A DNA stretch of 63,644 nucleotides, the filler included, from Folioceros fuciformis (taxonomy: Eukaryota), in assembly GCA_049999805.1 (NCBI GenBank). It is 13 parts of 13 records of this genome, joined end to end, with 100 filler letters (N's around TTAATTAATTAA, not from the genome) between each part and the next. Parts side by side here need not be neighbours in the genome. Positions count along the whole stretch, not along the records: positions 34,272 to 44,501 come from JBNGIO010003384.1; positions 44,602 to 48,232 come from JBNGIO010003385.1; positions 48,333 to 50,568 come from JBNGIO010003387.1; positions 50,669 to 56,333 come from JBNGIO010003388.1; 9 more parts are not named here. The stretch is one strand, 5' to 3'. The notes beneath the pieces are model-generated. The model had not been told where the DNA came from. It made no database searches and saw only the letters and a list, made by a program, of their open reading frames with translations. The position numbers and the translations under genes were made by a program. Of this stretch, positions 38,646 through 50,723 are shown one piece after another (position 1 is the first letter of the stretch; every line of letters starts with the position of its first letter).

Positions 38646-41119
38646 ATGGAATGTGAGCCACCGCGCTGCTTGGTATGGCTCCTTTTCGGCCTGGTGCTGC
38701 TTGCCAGTCCTCCAGCTGCAGCCGAGGCTTGCGGAGGTCTGGGTAGGCTCTTGGGAGGGAGGGGGGTGTTGCCGGGGACTGAGTCACAGCCTCTGCAGTC
38801 AGGTAACAGTCAGTCCAGCGTGCTGAAAGCTTGGACTCACTGCGCCCACGTCCCGAAAGTAGGCGTAGCCCCTGGCTCCGAAGCCGCTAGTGGGTACCTT
38901 CTCCGTCCTGCGTGGTCTCGTCGACTGCTGCAACTGGCCTCCGGGAAGGCTGTCCGCCAGGACCCGTCTCCAAGGAGGCTATACCTTGAGCGCGCACTTG
39001 CTGGTTCTGCTACGGCAACACCTCCTCAAGTCGAAGGTGCTGCAAGTCTAGCCAGGGATTTGCGATGCCACTTCGGTGGTCGTGCTTGTGCTCGTGGTGG
39101 CACATCGAGATTGCAGGAATGTTTGTTCGACACACATTGTGCTATCTATTGGACTGTTGTGACACACGCCTTTGCTTGCGCAGCTGGATCAGGTGGGGGA
39201 GCTTCGTCCAACAAAGGCGTGATTGTTATCATCGTATTGGTCCCTTCCTTCTTCATCATCATAATGGTCGCGACTGCACTGGCATGGATGTGTCGTAGGA
39301 CTGACACTCTCGACCAGACTGGAAAGCCCAGCTTCAATGGGCACGTGGACGAGGCTGAAAGTATGTGCCCTTACCAGCCAAGACCTGCACACCCCACGGT
39401 TCCCGCTTCCTGATGGATTGCTCACCTGCGCTCTTGTGCTCTCTGCAGATGCTAACAGAGCACTCTCCTTTGGGCCGTGGTTGAAGAGTCTGAATGGCAC
39501 ATCAATCGCTAGGAAGGCTGGTGCCCCCGTTTCCACTGCTGTTGAGCTTGAGTACTCCCTGCTCCAAGTTGCAACAAACGATTTCAGCGTAGAAAACCTT
39601 CTGGGTGAAGGAGGGTTTGGCAGCGTGTACAAGGCGCAACTAGACGAGAAAAGTTTTGCAGCTGTGAAGAAACTGGGGGAGGACAGCGGTCAAGGAGAAA
39701 AAGAGTTTCAGGTGCTGCTCCTCTGATAAGATTTATGGGCTGCCCGCCCACTGGTGGTGTTGATAACTCACCACCATTTGTGCTCCATGTGCATCGCTGC
39801 AGTCAGAGGTTGACCTGATGAGCAAAGTTCGCCATCAAAACCTTGTGTCTCTTTTGGGATTCTGCACCAACGGGGACGATCTACTGCTTGTGTACGAGTA
39901 CATGCAGAACGGATCCTTACAAGATCAGCTTCACGGTAACTTGTCTTGACTGAGTCTCTTGACTGAGTCTAGTTGGTGCTACTGCATCCCTGTCTTGATT
40001 AGAGAACTGGCTTGACCGCCACATTGGCACTTATCGTCCAGGTCCAACAAATGGTTCAGCATTAGGCTGGCACATGCGTATCAAGATAGCCCTTGATGCT
40101 GCAAGGTACATCTTGCTGGTTTCCTTGTTTTGGATGTAACAACAGAATCTTGCTGTTCCATTCGCGGCTCATGTGCCATGGCATTTTGTCTGTAGGGGAC
40201 TGGAGCACCTGCACGAGCACTGTGATCCACCTGTCATTCACCGAGACTTCAAGTCCTCTAACATCCTTTTAGATGCAAACTTCAACGCTAAGGTCGTCCG
40301 CCCTTGCCTTTCGCCTTCGCTTCGCTCTCTCTTAATTGAAACGACTGAAAAGATCCATCCTCATCCTTACAGGTCTCAGATTTTGGGCTTGCCCTGCCAA
40401 TGCCGTCTGGTGTAAAGAAGGATACTTCCCTCCAGCTAAGGGGCACATTCGGTTACGTGGCTCCTGAATACTTCCTCACGGGCAAGTCATATCTACCTTT
40501 TCTTCCTCTTCGACATTCCTAATCATGAGCGTTTCATCTCATACAAGTCCTCCTTTGCAGGGGCGTTAACGGAAAAGAGTGATGTTTATGGCTTCGGGGT
40601 GGTTCTCCTAGAACTTCTCACAGGAAGGATGCCCGTCGACACTTCCAAGCCTATTGGTTGCCAATCTCTGGTCACCTGGGTGAGCGCCCTGCTAATTGGC
40701 GCATCTCATTTTCAGACTTCCAGTGATCCCACTCTTGATTTTTTTTCTTTTTTGCCCTGGATTTGAGCAGGCAACCCCTCAACTAACCATCCGATCAAAA
40801 TTGCCACTCCTTCTGGATCCCGTGTTGCGTGACTCCATGAACATCAAGCATCTGTATCAAGTGAGTGCGAGGCCTTCAAAGGGAACCATATTCATTCCTC
40901 TCATTTTTCTGTCCTTTTTCCCTCATCTCCGTGCTCCCGATGCAGGTTGCAGCTGTGGCTGCCTTGTGTGTCCAGACCGAGCCCAGCTACAGGCCTCTCA
41001 TTGCGGACGTCGTGCATTCTCTGGTTCCCCTAGTTCCGGTGGAATTGGGTGGTGCTTTAAGAACCGGGGACATCGGACCAGAAGCCAAGAAAAATGCTGC
41101 TGTGCATGCCATCATGTGA
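38646..41119 (+). CDS. Receptor-like Ser/Thr kinase (At1g80640-like) with signal peptide, short ectodomain, TM helix and kinase domain; about 11 exons
   Basis: Hydrophobic N-terminus, [94 protein letters not shown], and C-terminal [33 protein letters not shown]. Introns are about 80-145 nt and one is GC-AG (40482-40560). Confidence 0.93.
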
Positions 41120-42602
41120 CAGTTTCTGGGTCGACGATGTATGGGCCCTTCAGTTATGTTCTTTCATCAAGATGGTCACGCATATGTTCGCGACAAGAAC
41201 TCAAAAGGAAGTTATACAAACCGTGGTGAATGGTGTCTTCGTCCTTTTCCCTTTCGAATTGTTTACAGCCTAGTTGGGAGCAGATAGCGACTTGATACCG
41301 CAAACCCTATGGCCAGTTTGTGATGAAAGGTGTGTTATGTTGGCTTTCCAAATCCATCACAGGAAAGGTGTATTTTGGCGATTTGAACTTCCTTTTCCTG
41401 GCACTGCGAGGGAGGCTACTGAAGCTTTCTCCCTCCCATGGGTGCGCCGTGTCTATTTTAAACGTGGATCCTGCCTGTAGACGTTGGACGTTTGTACCTA
41501 GGCTTGACTCATCGGGTGGAAAAAGCATGATTCCGCTCGGAGGGGAGTTCTGGTTAAACATCGCGTTAGGAAGTGAAAACTGTGCTACTGAACTTAAGCT
41601 TCATTTCCCATTAATACTTTACTACCAAACACAAATTGACACCATTTGTTTGTAGCAACGTGTTATTTGACCCTACTTCTTAAGCCTTTATTTCATCAAC
41701 TATTCCACTAAACTCATAGTGTGTAAGCATTACTTGGTTGTAGTACTATGATGCTCACTTAGGTCCATCCTAGGTTCTAATTCCATGTATTTTTTTTTAA
41801 CACACAAAATGTAAGCATTACTTGTTTGTTGCAGTCCTTAGTGTGTTGATACTTGGTATACTGTGCAACAGTATTTGGCCATGGTTCACGGATTGTGAGA
41901 GGCTTCTACAAACTTCTTGACAATGAGCCCCATAGGATAAAAGGGTTGCTAAATAATATAGTCATATAAGAAGATTTCTCAATAATATAGGCAGATAAGA
42001 AGGTTGCTGAATAAGATAGTCACTATTCCTACAACATGTTTTGTGTTACATTAAGACATATTAAGGGATATGTTATTTTGTGCTACGTGAAAATACCGAG
42101 GGCCTGAGACGATTGTGCAACATGTTATGGCAAAGATCCATTCGCAACCTATCGTCCAAGAAATGGAACGTGATCTTGCATTTTTGGATCTTTGTAACTA
42201 TAGATTCTACATGGTATCGAATATGGAAAAATAACTTTCCCAAGATGTCCTTCCATGGGAAATGAGAGTCTTTGACGATCATAGCCTATAAGACAACAAC
42301 ATTTCCATTTGTTAGTTAGGGTTGCATTGTAGTTGAAGACAAATGAGATGCCTCAAGACTAGACACCTTCCATTACTTGGTGGATAGGCCAACTACAAAG
42401 TGGTTCACATTATGTACACTCGGTTGTCTCGCTACCCATGGTTTGTCAACAACTGAATTGAGAGTTGGTCGGGACAGCCATCATGATATAGCACCTCTAA
42501 ACGGTAGAAGGAGCCCCAACTCAGCAAACCTTTGTAGGGTAGATTAATGTGGTCCTAGCATGTATCCATCAATTAAGTTCACCTAAGTTCTATCGCATAA
42601 TG

Positions 42603-42771
42603 CCAAAAGTGCTTTTTGACTTTATGTAACCTCGTGATCTAGACTTGGAAGTCTTATCACGATTATGTACTTGTACAACTTTAGCCCCAAAAGTGCTTTT
42701 CGACTTTATGTAACCTCGTGATCTAGACTTGGAAGTCTTATCACGATTACGTACTTGTACAACTTTAGCCC
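42603..42771. repeat. 84-bp tandem duplication (plus a ~33-bp duplication at about 42918-42985) in TE-like decayed DNA
   Basis: CCAAAAGTGCTTTT...ACAACTTTAGCCC occurs twice. Confidence 0.8.
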
Positions 42772-44601
42772 TTGAATTCTGGTAGACACAGGCAAGAACC
42801 CGTGCATTAATCTCTTTTAGGATGCCAAATAGAACTTCACCATCATAATCTGCATTGAGTTTCACTATTTCCTCTTGGATTTCCAATATACTCTGGTTGG
42901 CTTGGAACAACAATGGTGGAGGCAAAACACTACTCTGAGGAAGTATAGTGGGGAGGCAAAACACTACTCTGAGGAAGTATAGTGGGTATGGTTTTCAAAA
43001 GCTGTATTATAGTATTCATAAGAAGTAGGTATTAACTTGAAGTCACTGCAACGAAAAACCATATGGCAATCACTACATCTAGTGCAATCAAGTCAATCTC
43101 ACGAGAGACGAAAGCATATGCATATGGATTTGTAACTCACCTGCATATGCATATCGTGCATGAAGTTGATGGATAGTTTCAATCATATTATTCAAACCAA
43201 TCATATTGGTGAAGAGTATCTGGAGAGGCCTTGCTATATCTTCTGCGTCACGTATCATTTATGACATGCCAAAGAGGAAAGAGAATCTATGTCCTTTTCA
43301 TAAGAAACATCAGTTGGGTGTCTGTTTTGGGGAACAAGTCACCCCCCTTCCCGAAGGAGACATCGTGGGGTCTAGGGTTAAAAACACACATACACTATGT
43401 TGTGAACAACGCAAGCTTGCGCTTGCCTAATTTTTCCCACACCAAATTGTGTAGTGTGCCACGAACACACTATTTACATTTTCAGTGAATCCACCATGGC
43501 CATTGTTGTTTCGTGTAAATCATATGGAGTGCGTTTTAGGGTCCCATGCTTCACTAGCAGTTTGGCATCTGCGCTGCATGTGCCTTACACCCGCATTTGG
43601 GATGGAGGGTGGTGTGGAGTGAAATCTTGTGTCTAGAGACACCGTGAGGTCCACATTCACCCTCTATGTCATTGTAGTCGTATGATTCTCTCCCAAGGGA
43701 ATGATTTGTACCAAGGAACGCTAACTTCCTAAGTCAAGACTCACCTACTACCGCCCCTACTACCAACCAGATCAACTACTACTACCCCCAATTAGCCCAG
43801 CTAGCGCGAACCCTATTCTACGACTCAGGTTTCCACTCCACAAATTATGCAGTACACGCCTGTCACTGGAAGAGAAACCTTGAGAGAGGATCGCTGTGAG
43901 CGGAGCCAAACAGATGTGAAAAAAAAGAAAAACTCATCTGATAAACACCTGCAAGGGCTCATCCATGACGGATGCAGAACTGCTTCGTGCGTTCTAAAAT
44001 GCTGTTTGATACCGCTTCATGAAGATAGTGAAAGTGAGACTAACGCCTGACTAGATTCTGATGTGTAGCTTCATTCGAGCATAGTTCACTAAATGTCTGA
44101 CAGATTCTATGTACAAATGGTGCAGAAGATTCAAGATCCTAGAAAAACAAACATTGCACATTTGTGGGCTGTCCCGACGCTGTTGCAAGGCAGATGGAGG
44201 GATAGGCTCGGGTTCGTGTGACTAAAGTTGCTGAGGCTATGTAAAGTTGTGGATTATTCTCCTCAAGACCTAAAGAAGATCTATGCTACTGTGAACGAAA
44301 AAACCTTTCGAAACCCCCATTTTGAGCGACGGAATGAGCAGGTTGTGATTTTTTTTGTGAAGGGACAGGCGAATCGGCTTAGTAGGTAAATAAGACTAGG
44401 GTGTTTATGCCCAAAGTCCCTCTTGCGCTTCGAGGTTTGGGATGTACTGGAGATCGGGACAAGGAGGGGGAATGAGCGAGTGCCTCCTTGGCCCTCGGGT
44501 CNNNNNNNNNNNNNNNNNNNNNNNNNNNNNNNNNNNNNNNNNNNNTTAATTAATTAANNNNNNNNNNNNNNNNNNNNNNNNNNNNNNNNNNNNNNNNNNN
44601 N

Positions 44602-45000
44602 GCACATATGCAGGCGCCTGCTGAGGATCCAGCCTAACAATCCTTTCAGAACACCACATTCCCCTCGCTACATCAGCATGAATTTTGCAAGCGTTCAGCA
44701 ACGAGACATATCCCAAGTCGTTACTTTGGCCGTCACAGGACGAAAGCATCTTTTGTGCCTCATCTAAATGACCCGCGTGCACAAGAAGATCAACCATACA
44801 ATCTTGATGCTCAATTGAAGGTCTGATGCCATGCTGTCCACTCATGGAATGAAAGTCCTTGCGGCCCTCATCCACCAGTCCCTCATTACTTCATGCTACT
44901 AGGAGGCAAGCAAAAGTAGTAGTACCATCAAGGTGAACACCAGCACCTAACATCAGATCTTTAAAACAGGCTCGTGCCTTGTGACTTTACTTACCATGCC
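44602..45000 (-). pseudogene. PLS-class pentatricopeptide repeat gene fragment (last PPR motifs and E domain), disrupted
   Basis: GLVDEGRKDFHSM..HGIRPSIEHQDCMVDLLVHAGHLDEA..SLLNACKIHADV...LDPQQAPAYV. The upstream FACLLVA is followed by a stop or frameshift, and the fragment runs into the contig end. Confidence 0.8.
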
Positions 45001-45487
45001 CAGATATTGGGTCCTTCCAAGAACATTTTGGAGGAGTAACAGAGGCACACTCCAGATTCTCAGTCCACCGATCTAAACCGGGACACTGAGCGGTGTCCTG
45101 GCCCTACACCAGGTGCCTACCATGTGTCATCTTGTTGTTGTGCGAAATGATGGGATCAGAGATTTCTCGAAATGCACTAGCGTAAGAACAGACAAACGCG
45201 CCAGCTGCATCCAGGTGCATCCACCAGCTCGCCACGACTGACTGCATGGAATATCGACATCTAGTATTCTGCAGTGGCCTCTTGGCTTGCTTGCATCTCT
45301 GGAACTTGAAGAGTCTTTAGAGGTTGCAAATTGCCAGTGTCACCCCCATTGAGACTTCGTGTTGTTGTCATTGCCATATCCGCCCTCTACCATCCAGAAG
45401 TTCAAATGCCCCTCGCCTCCTCTGGCTCTTTCATCCCGCAGGCTAGCTTGTTCGGTCTGGTACCCACGAAGTCCATAAGTTCTCACC

Positions 45488-45935
45488 ATGGGTCGCGCTT
45501 TGGCTTTCAAGTTGGTTCTGGGCCTCCTGCTTGTTGGCACCTTTGCAAGAGCAGAGCATGAGGAGCTCCGACTCGGAGAGCCCCACACGACACTCCAGAC
45601 CAATGGAGGCCAGATTGAGGAATGGGACGGTCGGGTCCTTAGAGATGCCAATGTCGCAGAAGCCAGGATCACTCTCAGGCCGCGTGGCCTGCTCCTGCCC
45701 CAGTACTCGGATTCCGCTTCTGTGGGGTATGTGGAGCAAGGTGAGTCTGACATGAAAAGGTTCTGGACTCCATGAAGAATCTGGTGATAAATTTGATGAG
45801 CCGGGATCTGCAACGCGCGGCAGCAGTCATTGGTCTAATCGATGCTCCTTGAAACGCAGGAGAGGGCATTGTGGGTCTCCTGAGCGGCTACTCCTTAGGC
45901 GAGTCGTCTGCAGTGCGCCGCATTCCAAAACGCTC
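45488..45935 (+). pseudogene. 5' part of a secreted cupin / storage-globulin-like gene, truncated
   Basis: Signal peptide MGRALAFKLVLGLLLVGTFARA, then GGQIEEW..LRDANVAEARITLRPRGLLLPQYSDSASVGYVEQG|EGIVGLL, the cupin motif-1 region of 11S/7S globulins. Intron 45741-45859 is GT-AG. Coding signal stops near 45935 at repeat and Copia DNA. Confidence 0.75.
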
Positions 45936-45976
45936 AAGTATGTTCTCTAAATGTCCTTAAGAAATAATGGAGCTCG

Positions 45977-46290
45977 TCTCGATTTCTCTTAGTTATTCAA
46001 TAACCTCTTAGTTATCCAATAAAAATCCTCTCGATTTCTCTTAGTTATTCAATAACCTCTTAGTTATCCAATAAAAATCCTCTNNNNNNNNNNTCTCTTA
46101 GTTATTCAATAACCTCTTAGTTATCCAATAAAAATCCTCTATATCTAGATTGCAGTTGTGGACTTAATTTTGAACCTTTTCTTGGAAGTGATTGTTCATG
46201 TTTTATTTTTGATAAGTGAGTTGTACTCATTGTCCACAGCTTTTCTCCATTCCTTATAGCTTTTCTCCATTCCTTATAGCTTTTCTCCAT
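45977..46290. repeat. 52-bp tandem repeat (about 3 copies, 45977-46140) and 20-bp repeat AGCTTTTCTCCATTCCTTAT (about 46238-46290)
   Basis: Read directly. They lie at the broken end of the Copia fragment. Confidence 0.8.
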
Positions 46291-48059
46291 TTCTTTTCTT
46301 TTGTAACGCTTCTGTCAGGCTTTGGGGTTCATAAGTCTAAAAGCGCTTTTGTGAAGGTTTCCTTTCTCTAATTGATCTTCTTAAGATTGGTTGCGTCTCT
46401 GGAATACTTAGTTCTGCATTGTTATTTTCAACTGCAACAATTCCTAGAGGTGCATCCGCTTCTTCAACTGCAATGACAGTAGGAGTGTCTCTCTTTCCCC
46501 CTTCTATGTCAGAATTCAACTGCAATGACAATAGGAGTGTCTCTCTTTCCCCCAGAAAGTTGAGAAGGTGCAACAGGCAATGGGGATCCCCGGTGTGGTT
46601 TGTATCAGACGACAGGGAATCTTGCGAGATGAAGGGTGAGGAAGAAGTGTCTCCCATTCCACTAGTAGGTTCAGCGACCTCATGAAAGACAACATCCCGG
46701 CTAAAAAAGACCTTCTTCGTAGTAAGATTGTATATCCTGTAGCCTTTCACTGCATCTGAATAGCCAAGCAGGAGACACTTCGTTCCATTAGCATCCCATT
46801 TGGTCCGGCTCTCCTTCGGGATACGAGCGTAGACCATGGAACCGAAAACCCTCAAACGTCGGATATTAGGTTTTATACCAGACCAAGCTTCCTCTGGTGT
46901 CATACTAGGTACGGCCTTTGTTGGAACTCTATTCAACACATAGGTTGCTGTCTTGACAACCTCTCCCCAAAAGTTGATCTGCAAGTCGCTGTTGATCTGC
47001 AAGTCGCTGTGAAACAACATACACTAGGCTACTTCCACAAGGCTCCGTATCTTCCACCCCGCGACTTCATTTTGTTGCGGGGTGTGCGGAATTGTGAGTT
47101 GCTGTTTGATGCCGTTTTCCTTACAAAAACTTTGGAATTGAGAAGAAACATATTCTCCTCCACTGTCGCTCCGAAGCATCTTAAGGCGTTCACCACGTTT
47201 GGTCTCCATCCGAGTCTTCCACTCCTTAAAAGTCTGGAACACCTGAGATTTTTCTTTCAAAAGGTAAGTTCACGTCTTCCTTGTAAAATCATCAACAAAG
47301 ATGAGCATGTAGCGATTCCCATCCTATGTAGGTTTCCGCATGGGCTCGCTCATGTCAGTGTGGACTAATTCCAGCACCTTCTGCGCACGATGTGTCGCAG
47401 CTTTAGGAAACTTCGTGCGATTTAGCTTCCCCATCTGACATCCTGGACACAACTATGTTGCAATAATCTCCTTCAAATCTAATTCTGTCACCATGTCATG
47501 GGTCATCATCTGCTTGAGTTTGTCCACTCCGATGTGGCCCAAACGCTGATGCCATAAATCGACATACTCTATGTGGTTGTGTGAACTAGCCAAGAATGTA
47601 CAGGCTTGCTTTCTCTTTGAAGCACAAAGTTTGTACAGATTTCCCACACAAACACCATGAGCAACCACGTGTGACAACTTAGGCTGTACAGGTTGAATGC
47701 GACAGCCTGTGAAGTTGAAGACTATTTCATGACTTGCATCTGCAATCCGCGCAACAGAAAGAAGATTCCTTGCGAGATTAGGTACATGATGCACATTCTC
47801 AATACGTGTGGGGTTACCGCCTTGCAACTGAATGTGTAAGAAGACTCCTTTCCCCTTGATATCATGTGAGGTATTGTCACCGAGTGCCACTGTATGGCCC
47901 TTGGAGAGTCTAGTGTAGCCAGTGAACCCTGGAAGGTTGTAACTGAAGTGTTGAGATGCACCAAAGTCAAGATAAAGATTCTCATCCTTCATCGATGAAG
48001 TAGCTCCATCGCTAGCCATGAAAGATTGTTCCTGTTGAGGTTGTTGTTGGCTTGAGAGG
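46140..48059 (-). mobile_element. Ty1/Copia pol fragment (protease, GAG-pre-integrase, integrase, linker, RT start)
   Basis: YLDFGASQH, LWHQRLGH, LRSDSGGEY, TPQQNEVA, FWGEVVKTATYVLNRVPT and LLGYSDAVKGYRIY. The fragment is cut at 48060 by an inserted repeat. Confidence 0.9.
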
Positions 48060-48232
48060 TGTGAACCTCCAAAGTTTGGGGTAGTAATTTGTTTTGGTTG
48101 AAAAAGGGTTAATAGTGGTATGGTTTGGTTTTCTTTTTCAACTTATTTTCCCTAATTTTCCTTGATTTTCTGGTCATTTTTCCTATTTTTCTTTGTGCTA
48201 ATTGGGTTAATTGACCAGGAAATAGTTGGTTT
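48060..48232. repeat. Second copy of the TGTGAACCTCC... repeat terminus
   Basis: Nearly identical to the sequence starting at 15142. Confidence 0.75.
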
Positions 48233-49499
48233 NNNNNNNNNNNNNNNNNNNNNNNNNNNNNNNNNNNNNNNNNNNNTTAATTAATTAANNNNNNNNNNNN
48301 NNNNNNNNNNNNNNNNNNNNNNNNNNNNNNNNTGATATATGTTTATATCTCATCTTGTCTTTGTGATCTTCGTTTACATTTGTTCTCTTCAAACTGTTTT
48401 GATACAAGTATTTTTAAAATGTTGGTACTTTTTTACATACATTCTCTTCTTTTCATTTGCTTCTATGTTTTGTGAAAAAACCTCTACTTCTTAGAGTATA
48501 TATCAATGAATGGATGAAAGAAAAATACCATTGTGATGAGTTTCTCTCACTCATTTAATCAAGTATGCCACCCTACCCATCTTGTAGTCAAGAATGCTAT
48601 GCTCACCCACTTGCAGTGAAGTGTGCTACCATGTTCATTGTGACTTCTCTTAAAAAAGAATTATATTAGAGTCTACTAAGAGTGACATGACACCCCTAGT
48701 ATGCATGTATGATTCAAAATTTTGTGTTGAGTATATTTAAGGACTAAAGAATTATGTAACGTAGGATCGTATGTATTATGTATTTTCTATATATGTATTA
48801 TCGTACATATATAGAAAAAAGTTATTGATAGCTATGAAATAATAAATAATAAAATTTAATATAATTTTAATTCTAACTATAATCAGTAATATATTTGAAT
48901 ACATATTTAATCCAAAATTAGTTATATTTCATTAAGGACAAGCACGAGTAGCTAATATTATTGNNNNNNNNNNNNNNNNNNNNNNNNNNNNNNNNNNNNN
49001 NNNNNNNNNNNNNNNNNNNNNNNNNNNNNNNNNNNNNNNNNNNNNNNNNNNNNNNNNNNNNNNCTAATATTATTGTTGTCATAGTCTACAATCCTAATTC
49101 TAATTCTAATTCTAAGTCTACAATCCTAATTCTTTTCCTTCCTTCTTTGGTTGGGGCTATTTTGCATGTGGAGCAAGTAAGTATGCACAACATGTTATGG
49201 GCTTAGCAAATGTTCAACTTAGTAGAGACTATAAGAAAATATGCGTTTGGTAGTGATTTTGGACAATCAATTTCTTGGCCATTTTTAATTATTTTTTGTT
49301 TTCTTAGCATGGTAGTCCTGAGACTCATCCTGCAGAGGGATTGTTGAACATTGTTTATTTCCGCCTACAACCGGTGCGCCTAAGCCCGGACATCCATCAC
49401 GAGAACAATAATATGGTACGGTCCACACCCTCTGCAATCGTCAAGGACACCCCTTGCCCTGCCTGTGCTAAACTATAATGCGGTGTCAAGGGGGGGAAA

Positions 49500-50480
49500 A
49501 CCGGTACCAGGCAAGAAGACCCACTAGGCAGTGCTCTCTTCGCCATTGCCTAGTGTAGGGCCCTATCTAGGGCTGCCTGATCCGCGCGCGACTGTGTCTT
49601 CCCTTCGCTAGCAGACGATTCTCACATCCTTAGGCCTGTGGACAAAGTCAAGGAGCCCTTTGAGATCTTCTCTCACGAGTGCCCAAGTGCCGCATCTGGT
49701 CTCCATCAAGGATCCTGCCTACAATGCAGTTCCCTGCTGGGGACATTGCTCCGACTTTGGGACTGTGGATTCTAGGGGTACCCTTCGGTTCCCCTGACTT
49801 CATCGGGAGCTTCCTAGACCAAGCCCTCGCAAAGGACCTCTCCCACGTTGAGGACCTCCCTTTGCTGGGGGATGCTCAGGTGGCCTTTGGAATTCTTTCC
49901 TCCTGCTTCACTAGGTGCTTGGGGTACCTCATCCGCACATTGCCTCCGTCTCCGGCCCTTCTGTCCCGGCTGTGGGGCTTCGATAGGAAGATTTTGGATA
50001 CTCTCGGGGACATCCTAGGCTCAGGGGCTTTTGAGTGCCCTGGGGGTGGTGACCTAGCCCGTTGGCAAGCATCCTTGCCTTTGCAATTCGGAGGCGCTGG
50101 CCTGCTCTCGTCGGAGGTCTCTTCCCGCTAGCTTTCTTGGGGAGTTGGGCCCTCTCTGCCCCCACCTTGGCTTCCCGCTTCATCCTCCATGACAGGCCCT
50201 TCCTCGAGGATCTCGTATCAGGTGTGGAGGAGGGAACCTTCTCTCTCCAATCGTCCCTGAGGCAGGCTAGAGACATGCTATCAGCAGACACTCGGAAGGT
50301 CTTCCCTCCTTTCTCCACATTTATCACTGATGGTTTTAAGGGGTTGCAGGCATCCCTCTTCGAGAAGTAGCTCAGCCACGCTTTTCAATCTGTCCTCCAG
50401 GACCCTTCCTTCTCTAGGTCCACTAAAGCGCGGCTCCGCTCTTGTTCTAGGAAGGGCGTAAGGCTTGGCTATTGGCTGCA
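49500..50480 (+). mobile_element. Non-LTR retrotransposon RT fragment, CRE-like, with stops and frameshifts
   Basis: GTRQEDPLGSALFAIA*CRAL...CVFPSLADDSHIL, GLWILGVPFGS, LPLLGDAQVAFGILSSC, QASLPLQFGGAGL and AFLGSWA. Confidence 0.75.
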
Positions 50481-50723
50481 AAAGGAAGGATGCTCATAAG
50501 CTTTGATGAGCTGAACTCCTTCACCTAGAACTAGATAGGTCCTTGGTGTTTTGATCACAATGTATTCTNNNNNNNNNNNNNNNNNNNNNNNNNNNNNNNN
50601 NNNNNNNNNNNNTTAATTAATTAANNNNNNNNNNNNNNNNNNNNNNNNNNNNNNNNNNNNNNNNNNNNCGGGGTCGGAGCTGGAGCTGGAGGTGCAGCGG
50701 GGAGCCGGTGGAGGTGAGCAAGC

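Noticed and set aside
42073-42964. Possible decayed Gypsy RT on the minus strand
   Set aside because: Only vague resemblance, with no diagnostic motif I can point to.
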